Shown here piece by piece: positions 25,305 to 38,045 of a stretch of 64,000 nt of DNA. This stretch comes from Squalus acanthias. Lineage: Eukaryota. A model generated the notes under the pieces. That model did no database searches, had not been told where the DNA came from, and saw nothing but the letters and a program-made list of their open reading frames with translations. Each line of letters starts with the position of its first letter. The first letter of the stretch is position 1. Position numbers and translations under genes: made by a program. The stretch spans positions 44,332,001 to 44,396,000 of the forward strand of contig CM059432.1 in assembly GCA_030390025.1 (NCBI GenBank), given 5' to 3'.

Positions 25305-26391
25305 CATTCACTCGAATCGGAGTCTGATGAGGCGTTCACGGACAGCCTGTGTGGAAGGGGGATTGACTGCCAGCCTCCTCCTCCCTCCTCTTCCTCTTGC
25401 TCCTCCTGAGGAGGTCATGTAATCCCTGCTGACAAGGGCTGCACCCTCATGATGGCCAAGTTGTGAAGCATGCAGCAGACAACCACAAAATGGGACACCT
25501 GCTCTGGCGAGTACTGGAGGGCTTCTCTTGAGCGTTCAAGGCAGCAGAACCATTGATTCAACAGCCCAATAGTCTGCTTGATGATGTTCCTGGTGGCAGC
25601 ATGGCTCTCATTATATGAGTGCTGGGCAGGAGTTGTAGGGCTGCGGAAGGGAGTCATCATACAGGTGCAGAGCGGATAGCCCTTGTCTCCAAGCAGCCAC
25701 CCTCAAGTTTAACATGGTAGCTGGAAGATTGGTTGCACACCGGACTGACGCAGGATGAAGGCATCAAGCATGCTGCCAGGATAGCGGACATTGACCATCA
25801 GGATGCGCTGGACGTTGTCACACAACTGCACATTAAGTGAGTGGAAATCTTTGCGGTTGCAGAAGATCTCAGGATTTTTATGCGGTGCCCGCAAAACTAT
25901 GTGGGTGCAGTCGATGGCGCTCTGCAACTTGAGGAAGCCTGCTATCCCGCCAAAGCCACATGCATGCTCCTCCTGCATCTTTCTGCTCAGAGAGAACACA
26001 ACATAGTCCCTTCTCCTCGTGTAAAGAGCCTCTGTCTCCTGCTGCAGATTGGAAGAATCCACTGGTGAAGAAATTGAGGACCATGGTGACCTTGAGGGCC
26101 ACTGGGAGATCCGTGGTCGCCCTGCTCTGAGGCTGCAGGTCTGTATGCAGGAGATGGCAGAGTTCTGTGACCACCTCCTTTGTGAAGTGTAGCCTCCTAA
26201 TACACTGCTCCTCACTTACGATATAAGAGAAGTGCTCTCGAAAGACCCAAGGTGAGTATGGGCCTCCTGTTGAGAGCCCTCCTGACCGTCCTCCTCTTCC
26301 CTCTGCACACATCTTCTCCTCTTCTTCGCTGCCTCCGCTCCCTCTCCTGAAGATACTCGAGCGTGAGGGGGACTGCAAGTAATTCCCCCAT
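25305..26391 (-). pseudogene. Harbinger (HARBI1-like) DDE transposase pseudogene
   Basis: [39 protein letters not shown] (about 25672-25700), [18 protein letters not shown]; frameshifts; Glu-rich tail. Confidence 0.92.
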
Positions 26392-26987
26392 GACTGTGAG
26401 CAAGTGGTGTGAGCAGAAGCCTTTAAAAAAGAATGAAGGTGTTCTCCACTTGCACCAACACTCCCTGCTAGAGTTGCAGAAAGTTCCACAGAGCCAGTCA
26501 AACTGAACAAACATGTCAGCTGCAAGTTGTTGGTGATGATCCCTTTAACTAGTGCTGCTGGGGCTCCTTTCTGCTTGTCCATGCTTGGTCAGCTGTTCGT
26601 AATTAACACAGACTGGTAAGTGGAGCGGCAAACTCAAAAATGGCAGATCGGTCATCAGTTGAGCGTCACACATTCACTGACATCACAATCTGCATAATCT
26701 CCATATGCCCATCGAGCGCGGACATTGGCAGCACTGCCGCCCAGCCGAAAATGGCAGCCACTGCGGGATCCGCCGGCAGCGGGCAGAAGTGAGGCGGCCG
26801 TCATTTTTTTTGCTGAAACGGGCCTTAATGGCCAGCGCAAACACCTCCAATTTCTAGGCCAAAATATCCAGTTGAAGGTCAGACTTTTCACATAAAATGA
26901 GGCCTTGAAGTTAAAATTTTAATGTATTAAAAGACAACTCAATAAGTAAATTTAATCATATTATTGTCAAATATGTAATTTTGCCAG

Positions 26988-28289
26988 GTGTTCACAAATG
27001 ACATCATTTGTGATTGTGACAAAGGTAAACTATCCCTCCTCGTCCTTCTTGACTTGTATGCAGCCTTTGACATGGTTGACCACTCCATCCTTCTCCAATG
27101 CCTCTCCACCATCGTCCAGCTGTGTGGGACAGCACTCGCCTGGTTCCATTCTTATCTATCTAGTCGTAGCCAGAGAATGACCTGCAATGGCTGCTCTTCC
27201 TGCTCTCGCATCGTTACCTCTGTTGTCCCCCAAAGATCTATCCTTGGCCCCCTCCTATTTCTCATCTACATGTTTCCCCTTGGCGACATCATCCAAAAAC
27301 ACAGCGTCAGTTTCCACATGTACGCTGACGACACCCAGCTCTACCTCGCTACCTTTTCTCTCGACCCCTCCACGGTGTCTAAATTGTCAGACTGCTTGTC
27401 CGACATACAGTTCTGGATGAGAAGAAATTTTCTCCAATTAAATATTGGGAAGACCAAAGTCATTGTTTTCGGTCCCCGCCACAAACTCTGTTCCCTAGCC
27501 ACTGACTCCACCCCTCTCCCTAACATCTGTCTGAGGCTGAACCACACTGTTCGCAACCTTGGTGTCATATTTGACCCTGAAATGTGCTTCCAACCACATA
27601 TCCGCAGCATAACAAAGACCGCCTATTTCCACCTCCGTAGCATCACCCCTCTCCGCCCTTGCCTCAGCTCATCCGCTGCTGAAATCATCATCCATGCCTT
27701 TGTTACCTCTAGACTTGACTATTCCAACGCACTCCTGGCTGGCCTCTCACATTCTACCCTACGTAAACTTGAGGTCATCCAAAACTAGGCTGCCCGTGTC
27801 CTAACTCACACCAAGTCCCGTTCGCCCATCACCCCTGTGCTCGCTGACCTACATTGGCTCCCGGTTAAGCAGCGCCTTGATTTCAAAATTCTCATCCTTG
27901 TTTTCAAATCCCTCCATGGCCTCGCCCCTCCCTATCTCTGTAATCTCCTTCAGCCCCACAACCCCCCGAGATATCTGCGCTCCTCTAATTCTGCCCTCTT
28001 GAGCATCCCTGATTATAATCGCTCACCATTGGTGGCCGTGCCTTCTGTTGCCTGGGCCCTAAGCTCTGGAATTCCCTGCCTAAACCTCTCTGTCTCGCTA
28101 CCTCTTTTTCCTCCTTTAAGATGCTCCTTAAAACCTACCTCTTTGACCAAGCTTTTGGTCACCTGCCCTAATTTATCCTTACGTGGCTCGGTGCCAAATT
28201 TGTTTTCTTATAATACTCCTGTGCAGCGCCTTGGGACGTTTTACTACGTTAAAGGTGCTATATTTAAAAAGTTGTTGTTGTTGTTGTTG
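26988..28289 (+). mobile_element. 5'-truncated L2 LINE
   Basis: LLDLYAAFDMVDH, YADDTQLY, SRLDYSN, LHWLPV; (GTT)n tail. Confidence 0.92.
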
Positions 28290-28870
28290 ATTGCCATTGC
28301 AAATATCAGGTACCAATAAAAATGGCAGACTAAAGGATTTTTTTGTCATTTAATGTCTACTTGGTTAGCCTTTTGCTCTTCCAACAATTAATACATGAAT
28401 GAATTTTAATGAATAAGTTTGCATGTCACACAATCAGCTGAAAGAAATTGCTTGACATGGAATAAATTTATATATCACTCAATTGACTGCAAGATGTTAG
28501 AATAAATGTAAAAATTCGTTAGCACAAATTTATAAATTAAGAAATTTGGTGGTAAAGCTGAGTCAATCAGAAGTAAATAGAACGAATAAGTCTAAAAACA
28601 GTAATATTAAGTGTGACAGAAAAACGTGACATAAAAGTATGACAGGAAGTAAATGTTATATGTTCAGAAAAATGCATACTAAAAACAAGACTTATAGGTA
28701 GATCAATTCTTATTATATATCTCATCTCACAGAAGAGCACTAGTAAATATAATTGTTGTGACATATGACCAGAATTTATTTTTTGGTTCTATGATAATGA
28801 GCTGTATGTTAAATTTCCTGTTGTAAAGTTGCTCTTTTATGCACTGTCCACACTCTAAGTAAATGCTTAC

Positions 28871-28950
28871 CTTCTTTTCCAGGCGGTCAATTAGCTTCTG
28901 GAGCCTATTTATCTGGGTCATCCATTGGATGTCCTCATCTGCATGGACAC
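28871..28950 (-). CDS. NECAB1: NECAB1 internal coding exon, 80 bp: (G)VHADEDIQWMTQINRLQKLIDRLEKK
   Basis: Acceptor ttctgttgattcccaaAG, donor GTaagc. QWMTQINRLQKLIDRLEKK matches recalled NECAB1. Phase 1 in, phase 0 out. Embedded in ORF 28727..29020. Confidence 0.95.
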
Positions 28951-30830
28951 CTTTGGGAATCAACAGAAGAGAAAAAAAATCTACCATAACTTTAAAATGA
29001 CATGTGCAACCTGGTGGCATAAAATGTAATGGCCCAGATTTTCCTTTTGGCGATTATTGGCAGATATCTTGAGAGATATTTACCTGACTGGTAATAACCA
29101 CTGGCAGGTCTAATTATTTCCCACTGGTATTCATGCTGGTAGTAAGCAATTACAACTGAAAGGTCATAATAGCATATCTAGGGGTGGGTTAGCAAAACTG
29201 CTAATGTGTCTCTTGCTTTTCCATATTTCATACCCATGGAAAGGAGGTCAGCCTTAATTCTGAAGCGTCAGTTTCAGTTTTTGTTTTTCTTAAACATCTC
29301 CTCTCAATCTGTCTTCTGTATTCAGATCCCATTTATGATTTAAATAAATAACAAAAATATTTAAAGAAGTTTCTTTGATAAATAGCAACCTCTTTTAGCC
29401 ATTTACTGTAATTAGGTTTTCTGCCATCGGCAGTGATATACAATGGCCGATATTGGATCGAGCACCTTTTATATAGCCTGCCCAATTTTCCTTTACGTTA
29501 AAATTGAAAATATGAGACCAGCCAGGTGAAGTGCCTCTCTCTCTCTTTGATCATCTCTTCCTTCTTGTGTGGAAGTGCTTAGTCTTTACTGAGCCCATCT
29601 CTAAGACTGCAAAGATGAAATTGGGAACTTCCTGAACTTACATCCCACCATTCTGTGGCTCCATGCATTGATGCAGCAAAGTGTTGCACCACCAAATTGA
29701 CTGTCTAGTAGCAACTGATATTTTATGTCAATAGAAGGCCTGGTGTAAGCTCATTGGGGCACTTCATCCTTTGGAAACTGGCTAATCAGGCAAGACACTT
29801 GCTTAGGAGACTAACTAGAGAAAACTAAAAATACATTTTAAAAATAAATCTGCTGCCATCAGATTCAGGCAACCTTCAGGAGAAAGGGGAATGTCCCAGT
29901 CTCCTATGTAAAATAGGTATGTTAAACATTTGAAGCTAGAAAAATTTAACACATTTGATTCCCATTATGATCACTACAGGAACAGAAACTACACTCTCAA
30001 GTAAATACGTGGGAGTGGAGAGCGGGGCACTAAACGCAGGCCTGAGAACTCAGCTGAGTGCAGCTAAGGCAAACGACAAAGGGAAAAAGAGATGAGCGTC
30101 TACTAGGAAAAAAGTGACTACATGCTCTATACTGTAGTTACTTTTTGCTCTGTAATTTATCTGGCTTAGAGTATGATGTAACCTTAGCTGTGTTGGCTTA
30201 AAATGGATCTAGAAATGTATGGCACGATTGTGTATTGTGAGCATGACCAAGTATGCAGAAAGGGATCGATTTATTGTGCCATTTATTGTGTTTGTGCCTA
30301 TACTTCTGTCTATGACTATGATCTGAACCTTGAGCTACAATGGTCCACTCCATGTCAGCTCCAGAGCAAATGCCCTGAGTATAGTTACATTACATGCACG
30401 TGTCAGATGTTTCCCACAGTATTTATAGTTATTAGAAATATTACAATAAGAAGAATAAATACAAAGTACACTTCGGTATATAAAAAGAACAAATTCAGTT
30501 GAAAAATACTTCTAGGTTTATAATTATAGTTTAAGACAGCCTAAAGACCATGCATAACTATACTTACATTAACTATATCAAAGGTGCACATCATAAGGGC
30601 AACCAAGCCAAATCTGACCTGCTAAATTTGCTCTTGGGCCACTGGATAATCTGTTTGACTGACCAGTAATGTAACTAATCTAACAGCTCAATGGACTGGT
30701 TGATATCTGTCATATCACCAGCACAAGACTGGAAAGCACCAAATTGCTCATTATGGTCTGTAAGTTAAAGGCAAATAGAGTACTAGGATGCATAGCAAGA
30801 ACAATTCAGTATAACACTAAAAGAACTATA

Positions 30831-31485
30831 GGGGTGAATTTTAACCCCCCAAAACAGGTGGGTTGAGGTCGGGTCAGATGTTAAAATTTTTAAAATCTCA
30901 AACCGACTCCAACCCGCCCACTTCCGGGTTTAACGGAGGCGGGACAAAGGGCAGGCAGGCAACAGGAGGCGGGTTGGCAATTTAAATATTTTAATGAGGC
31001 TGGCAGCCTCTGATTCAACCTGCTTTAACAGTGGCTGGCCGCGTTTCCCAGGCCTCAGGAAACCCGGCAGCTGAAGGGAGGCGAGGACAGCTTCAGGGAG
31101 AAGGTAAGTGCCTTTACAGCACTGCTTGTGAGTCAGGAGGAGCAGGAGTGCTTCCCCCACACCCGCCCCCCCCCACCACCAGCTCCACAAGCTCCCTCCC
31201 CATCAGACGCCCCCCCGCATACAAAGACTCTGGGGTCGGGGATCGGAATCCCCCCTGGGATTGGACCCCCCAGGGTTGGGGATTGGACCTACATGCTCCT
31301 GTGGCTTGCTCTGGAGTCCTCCCCGCGTGACCGGAAGCCAAGCCTGTCAGTCAGGCTGACTTTGGGCAGGGAACCTGTCAAGGAGAAAAGATGCCCACAG
31401 CATGTATTGAAACCTGGACTTCCGAGTTTCCAGTCCGAAACTCCGGCCCCTACCGATGCAACCCGCCCTTGTTTATATGCCGGCC
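30831..31485. mobile_element. Harbinger-like MITE
   Basis: GC-rich island starting GGGGTGAATTTT, with ATA on both flanks (30828-30, 31486-88); right TIR degenerate. Confidence 0.55.
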
Positions 31486-31488
31486 ATA

Positions 31489-32235
31489 GTATCCTTGTAC
31501 GAGATCCTTGTTGGGCCTCATCTGGAATACTGTGTCTAGTTTTGGTCTCCTTACGTGGTGGGTGATATTCAGGCCCTGGAAAAGGTTCAAATGAGCGCCA
31601 CTAGAATGATCCTTAGCTGAAAAGCCCTCAGTTATCATGATAGGCTTAGAGAGCTGGGGCTTTTTACTCTAGAAAAGCATAGACTTTGGGGAGATTTAAT
31701 TAAAGTATTTTAAATGATGAACAGACTAGACTGCATCTGTGTGGACAGACTGTTTGAGCTGGATAGGTTAGGGAAAATGTGGGGTCATATCTATAAGCTA
31801 CACAAACATAGGACTAGATTATATGTCTGGAGGTTTTTCTTTATGCAGAGGGTTGTCGATACTTGGAACAAGTTGTCGGCTTGAGTCATGAGTGCAAATT
31901 TGCTGTGACAATTCAAAAAGGAACTGGATGGGTTCCTCGCTGTAGCTAATATCACTGTGTACAGAAGGTAGGTGGGACTTGGGTTGATGCCTCATGGTCA
32001 CTCTGTCTCCTGGAACTTGTTTTTAATCGCCTTAGGGGTTGGAGAGGAATTTCCCAGATCTTGTCCTGCCGAATTAGCTTAGAGGTTTCTATCTGTTCTT
32101 TTTGCCTCTCCCAGGAGATTGCATGACTACTAGTGGGATGGATCACTGGGAGTCATGATGCTTTGTTGCGTCATACCTTTTTGGGACAGGTTCAATTGAC
32201 CAGCCGATCTTTTCCTGTCCGTCTTTTCGTATGTT
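31489..32235 (+). mobile_element. Old CR1 3' fragment
   Basis: Decayed sequence encoding PHLEYCV.FWSP, LGLFTLEK and FFMQRVVDTWN. Confidence 0.75.
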
Positions 32236-32364
32236 AAACAAAGAGGTGTTTCAGAGTGGAAAATCAATTTGGTGATTTAAATGAAAGGCTCAGTTACAAC
32301 CATCGCATTTTCTTGTTGCATTTGTGAACAAGTATTTTATGGAATTTTTTAATAAAGGAACCAT

Positions 32365-32815
32365 CTATATATAGCGCCTTTCATGACCACCGGACGTCCC
32401 AAAGCGCTTTACAGTCAATGAAGTACTTTTTGAAGTGTAGTCACTCTTGTGATGTAGGAAACATGGCAGCCAATTTGTGCACAGTAAGCTCCCACAACAG
32501 CAACGTGATAATGACCAGATAATCTGTTTTAGTGATGTTGATTGAGGGATAAATATTGGCAAGGACACCAGGGATAATTCCCCTGCTCTTCTTCGAAATA
32601 GTGCCATGGGATCTTTTACATCCACCTGAGAGAGCAGACGGGGCCTCGGTTTAATGTCTCATCCAAAAGACGGCACCTCTGACAGTGCAGCACTCCCTCA
32701 GCACTGCACTGGAGTGTCAGCCTAGATTTTTGTGCTCAAGTCTCTGGGACTTGAACCCACAACCTTCTGACTCAGAGGTGAGGGTGCTACCAACTGAGCC
32801 TGAGCCACGGCTGAC
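32365..32815 (-). mobile_element. tRNA-headed DeuSINE (SacSINE1-like)
   Basis: Pol III A box (GGCTCAGTTGG) and B box (GGTTCAAGTCC); Deu-like core GGATGTAAAAGATCCCATGGCACTATTTCGAAGAAGAGCAGGG; L2-like tail. Family name is from recall. Confidence 0.85.
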
Positions 32816-34933
32816 ACACAAGATTTGTCTATTTGTCTAATCTCCTCAAAATATTTTAGAATAAAAATGTATTGCTTGATCATTGTATGCATATTATAGA
32901 TGTATAAAAATAAGATGAAGAACATGTGCTGCTCCAAAACTTGATTGTTTTGTTCATGTAAAATAAACTGGGTCAAAAAGACTATATAATCGCTCTGCAG
33001 ATGGAGCCTGCAATTTCTTTTTTGGCTTGTTCATCCAACTTGAAACCTTCCCAGAATGAATTAAAGGTCAGTCTTACATCTTCTTGTAAATCTCCAGATT
33101 GCATCTCCAGTCTTCACCTGATTCACCAGTTAGCAGGAAGGCCTGTAAGCAATTATAGCCACGTAGCATATCATTTCAAACAAAATATCCCCTCACTTTT
33201 ATTCTTCCTTTCAGTTTTTTCCTCATTGGCGTGTTAAATTTGAGAAAGCAAATAATCTCTCTATCATGCTGAATGTTGCCTGTTGCATTTAGGAATGCGA
33301 TTATAAGCCGCAGTTTCAGTCTGAAGATTCGGGTCAATCTCAAACCTCTTATGAGAAGATTGTGGCAAAATGAGTGGGACATAACAGTATTGTGGGCAAA
33401 CAGACATAAGAAATAGGAGCAGGAGTAGGCCATTCGGCCCTTCAAGCCTGCTCCACCATTCAATAATAAGGGATTAAGATTGGGGCGGTAATGAGCTAAC
33501 GTGCTAACACTCAGAATCGCAAATCAGATACATACACATGGAATTAAACCCTTTCCTATTGAAGTAACTGGTTCATAAAGTGCACATGAGACCTTAGCAT
33601 ATTAAAAAAAAACGCCTTGCATTTGCTTTTGGGACACTTGGAAATCATCTTGATTGAGCAATACAGCAGTAATGTGACAACTACACAGTGGATTGGCTGA
33701 GATCTGCTACATCACCAGGACACTGCTGCCAACATTCTGAGGTAAATCGATATAATATTACCCATTGGACAAGGCCAAAAAAGTATATATAAGTCAAAAC
33801 ACATAATTAATATTTATTTTTCTGTCTGCTTTGTGCTTCTATAGTACTGATTCTATAGAGGCTGATTTTGAATTGACCGTTTCCATCAGACATTTGAATT
33901 CCGTTGGCGAGCTGCTCACACATTCGGAACAACTTGCTGATCAGGAAAGCGGTAAATTTGCTGCTTCTCCACGGAGCCCAGCTGATCCAAATAGGTTAAG
34001 AGAGGTGGAAGCGATCGTGAGGGAGGGACACAGCGGGGGTGTAACGGGGGTATGGATCTTTGTGGAGTGAGGAGGAACATTAATGCTCCTCCTGATCAAA
34101 CAAAAATCATTTAAAATGCTTTTTCTTACCTTCCTTTGAGCATCCTGCAGTGGTCCAATTAATGCTGCGTCTACTGGTATTTCAAAATTACATTGGGGTC
34201 CTAGTGATGTCAAAGAAACCCAATTTGTATGGGCTAATGAGGCTTCAAAGTGGCAGTAGCCTCGCTGTTACTGGGAAAGAGGCAATAAGTACTTTGCCGC
34301 CACTTTTATTGTGCTATTGTCCTGTTCCCACCACATGAGAGGGGGGGACGAAAATAGTGGTAGTTACAAAGATGAATACAGATGAGGGAGGACATTCAAC
34401 TCATTTAGCTCAATCTTTATTAGAAACCAATTGTTCCTGTTAAACCCCCCAATCTCCTCTTGATTGATTTCAGAGTTTCTGTCTTCATTTCCTTCATGCA
34501 TGAAGATGACAGCACTTGTTGAAAAGAGAATGAGTGCAAAATTCTGCTCCGTAGCACCTGTTGCTTGGGTGCTGCGGGTGCCGTTTTGGTTCCAAAATGG
34601 CATTCACAGCATGCGCGCAGACTTCTGGTGTGGGCCAAGACGGACGCCATCTTGGGTAGGGTGTTAACATGGGCGCAGAGAGCACGTGCAGAAGTATGCA
34701 GAATAGGCAGATCGTGATGTCAATCAACGTGTAACGCTGATTTGATGCCAACACTACTATTTTGGAGCTCAACGCTTCAGCTAACACCCTCTCTTAAGCT
34801 CGCACAGCTGAACATGCATTCAACAGCAGGAAGGACCCCCCACCAGCGCTATTTAAAGTTTCATCAACTACTTACAGGTTAAAAATGAGAAGTCGCACAA
34901 CACCAGGTTACAGTCCAACAGTTTTATTTAAAA

Positions 34934-34971
34934 TTACGAGCTTTCGGAGCTGTTGCCCCTTCGTCAGGTAA
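34934..34971 (-). ncRNA. Mirror hammerhead motif, sense to the NECAB1 pre-mRNA
   Basis: Reverse complement reads TTAC-CTGACGA-A-GGGGC-aaca-GCTCC-GAAA-GCTC-GTAA. Confidence 0.78.
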
Positions 34972-35023
34972 AGCTACAGTGAGGGAATCTATTACACATT
35001 ATATAGATTCCCTCACTGTACCT

Positions 35024-35061
35024 TTACCTGACGAAGGGGCAGCAGCTCCGAAAGCTCGTAA
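35024..35061 (+). ncRNA. Minimal type I hammerhead ribozyme motif
   Basis: TTAC-CTGACGA-A-GGGGC-agca-GCTCC-GAAA-GCTC-GTAA: stem I TTAC/GTAA, 5-bp stem II with one G-U, palindromic AGCT, CUC triplet. Confidence 0.8.
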
Positions 35062-35323
35062 TTTTAAATAAAACTGTTGGACTATAACCTGGTGTTGTGC
35101 GACTTCTCATTTTTGTCCACCCCAGTCCAACACCGGCATCTCCGCATCATACTTACAGGTTAGTTGCTGATTGATTTCTACTGGCTCTTACCGCATTTGT
35201 AGAAGAGTTTGGTGGTTTCTAGAGTTATTTAAAGTTGCTAAAGGCTACAGGGAGTGGTGTGGCAGGTGCTGAAGGACTTTGTCCTGACTTCAAGGATTCT
35301 GCACAGACCACTTGCTGCCAGAC

Positions 35324-36450
35324 ATGGGTGCGGTCATAGGCATTCCACTTGGCCTACAGCATGGCAGGGAGAATGAGCAGAGGTGACACAGAGCAGGACA
35401 AGCTGCTGGAAAAGGGAGGAGGTGGAAGGGAAGAGGGCTTTCAGCAGGAGGTCATACCTGAACCTCAGCGAGGAACAGTGCATCAGATGTCTGCAGTTCA
35501 CCAAGGACTTCCTCACTGAAATCTGCCACTTGCTGCTGCCACAACTGCAACCTCAGAGGAGGTTGAGGACTGCATTGCCAGTGGCCGTGAAGGTCACGGT
35601 GGCCATGAACCTTTTTGCGTCGGGCTCCTTCCAGGCTGCAGCAGGAGATATTTGCAGTATCTCCCAGTTTTCCGTGCACTGTTGCATAAGGGGGGTAACT
35701 GAGGCTCTGTATTCGAAGAGTGCTGAATACATTTAATTCGTTCTGGCCAGAGAACAGCAGGCGGAGCGAGCACATGGCTTCGCGAGGATTGCAGGCTTCC
35801 CAATGGTGCAGGGTGCCATTGACAGCCTGCACGTCGCTTTGTGGGCACCACATGTCAACTCTGAGATGTACCACAACTGTAAGGGATCCCACTTCCTCTG
35901 TGTCCAGCTGGTGTGCAACCATACTCAACGAATCATGCAGGTGAATGCCCGGAATCCTTGCAGCAGTTATGATGCCTTCATTCTCCGGCAGTCCGCTGTC
36001 CTAGCCGCATTTGAGCCACCACGGTAAACGAAAGGGTGGCTAAAGTGAGACAAGGACTATCCGTTAACAACATGGCTCATAACTCCAGTGCGCAACCCAC
36101 ATGTGGGCAGCATTCATACAATGAAAGCCATGCTGCCACACAAAATATTATTGAACAGATCATTGGTGTGCTGAAGCAACGCTTTTGCTGCCTGGACCTG
36201 GAGGAGCCCTGCAGTACTCGGCAGAGCGGGTGTCGAGATTCGTGGCGGTCTGCTGCATGCTGCACAACCTCGCCATCTTGAGGGCACAGCCATTGGCACC
36301 AGCCATATGGCAACCAGCTGAGGAGGAGAGGAGCAGGAGGAGGAGGAAGGGGAGGAGGAAGAGGAAGAGGAGGAAGAGGAAGGGAGGAGGCAACCCAGAC
36401 AGCCTCTTTCTGCCTGGGCTGTCCGTGATCGACTCATCCAGCTGCGATAG
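35324..36450 (+). pseudogene. Harbinger (HARBI1-like) transposase pseudogene
   Basis: ALPVAVKVTVAMNLFASGSFQ, GAIDSLHV, SSYDAFIL, CCMLHNL across ORFs 35383, 35803 and 36185; frameshifted; GAG-rich tail. Confidence 0.9.
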
Positions 36451-36944
36451 CAGTAAACGCAACCCCAATTCCCCATTCACCAACAGTCCCACACCTCACC
36501 TTCCCTCTGTCACTGACCATCACAGCATCCACTAGGCCACATGCAAAAACAAAATACAACACAAAATAAATACTCCAAGCCAAATTTCTAAATGAAATAT
36601 TGTCATATTGCATACAAACGTCAACTAACCACCCGTGTGCATTCCCTTAGTGCCTGTCTTCCATTTGACGTTAGCAGTCCTCCAGTCCTCCGGCACCACA
36701 CCTATAGTCACAGAGTATTGGAAAATAATGGTATTTCCTCCCTTGCTTCTCTTAACAGCCTGGGACACATTTCATCCGGGCCTCCCATCAGACTTGGTAA
36801 GTTTGTTGATGACTACTAAGAGCAATACTATAAAGCAAGGTCTCCTGCACATTTTGCAGAGCCAAACTAGCTGTCTAGTGTTGACAAACTACTGAGGCTA
36901 GTGGTGCAGTTGATGGGATATGGCATTTGAAGATGAATTTACTG

Positions 36945-37182
36945 ACCTTGACCACTTGTGTGAAGTCATTGAACTTGTTGCGGCACTGCATCCAGGTCCT
37001 CGGGGCTTGACTTCTGGCATTGACCACCACAGCTATCTGCTCCCACAGCCTTCGTAGAGTTTGTCTGGAGGGCCTCCTGGCCCCCTGTGGATAGAGGACC
37101 TCTTTCCTGTCCACCTCCTCCACCAAGGCCTCCAGTACAGGGTCTGAGAACCTTGGTGCACGCGCTCCCCTGTTGAGCCATT
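36945..37182 (-). pseudogene. Harbinger Myb/SANT first-exon remnant
   Basis: RAPRFSDPVLEALVEEV..LWEQIA..RTWMQCRNKFND followed by a GTCAGT donor-like site. Confidence 0.8.
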
Positions 37183-38045
37183 CATCACTCTTCTTGCAGG
37201 TCAGACTCTCTTCCCCAGCAACTTCCAGCATCTGCTCCAGTCAGAATGCATCTCTCCTTTAAGAGTTGCAGGCTGGCTTTAAGTGACCTCCTCATCGCAT
37301 TTAAAAAGTACTTGGATATGTACTTGAAGTGCCGTAACCTACAGGGCTACAGAACAAGAGCTGGAAAGTGGGATTAGGCTGGATAGCTCTTTTTCGCCAG
37401 CACAGACAAGATGGGCCGAATGGCCCCCTTCTGTGCCATAAATTTCTATGATTCTATGGTGATAGCCTCACATGAACTTGAGCCCCCTTCTGAGGCATTC
37501 AGCCACTCAACACTTTAGCGCTGCCTCAACGCTGCAATCATTTAAATTAGCAGGCAGCACAAAGTTTGCGTGCTGCCTGCATCATAAGCAACGGGCATGG
37601 GTTAATCGCGCATCACGATCCCCGCGCCCATTTGCGGGGGCTATCGAATTTAGCCCCCCCCCATCAGTCTTGGTAACTTTGTTGATGACGACTAAAGGGC
37701 AATACTATAGAGCAAGGTCTCCCACACATTTTGCGGAGCCAAACTAGCTGTCTAGTGTTGACAAGCTACTGCTGTTCATGTTTCTTTTGTTGTGACTTCT
37801 CCTTCAAGAGATCGATGTGCTGTTGCTTGTATCAGTTGATGCCGTGGTGCTTTACTGCTTGCAAGCTCGAAGGATCAGTCAGTGGTAAATAAGGTTGGTG
37901 AGCTGCAGGCACAAGTAGCTACCTGGGATTATGATATCGTGGCAATAACGGAGACCTCGCTCCGACAAGGGGAGGTGGCAATATTAATCAAAGATACTAT
38001 TCCAGCACTGGAAAGGGATGATGTACATGAGGGGTCAAAGACAGA

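Larger units (their letters stand above)
19259..26860. mobile_element. Formerly autonomous PIF/Harbinger transposon with convergent Myb/SANT and transposase genes and a nested CR1
   Basis: TIRs GGTCTAGAAATTGG / CCAATTTCTAGGCC (13/14), AAA on both flanks, both diagnostic genes inside. Confidence 0.88.
34882..35149. mobile_element. Fold-back mini-retroelement, probably Penelope pseudo-LTR derived (second family)
   Basis: 112-bp inverted arms 34881-34992 / 35003-35114 with 3 mismatches seen; 35-bp unpaired tail; TACTTACAGGTTA duplicated at 34869-34881 and 35150-35162. Confidence 0.85.
34533..37660. mobile_element. Second degraded Harbinger transposon (transposase on +, Myb/SANT on -)
   Basis: Imperfect TIRs GTGCAAAATTC / GAATTTAGCCC; both genes present; nested fold-back element and a CR1 3' tip (about 37275-37457). 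Confidence 0.8.

Noticed and set aside
32740..32815. tRNA gene (also about 42670-42742)
   Set aside because: Degenerate tRNA-like SINE heads continuous with the SINE body; no complete cloverleaf.
33858..34360. Additional MITE
   Set aside because: GC-richer island with a plausible left end, but no convincing right TIR or TSD.
25305..36450. Host HARBI1 or MSANTD genes
   Set aside because: Multiple frameshifted copies inside TIR-bounded elements; these are transposon pseudogenes.
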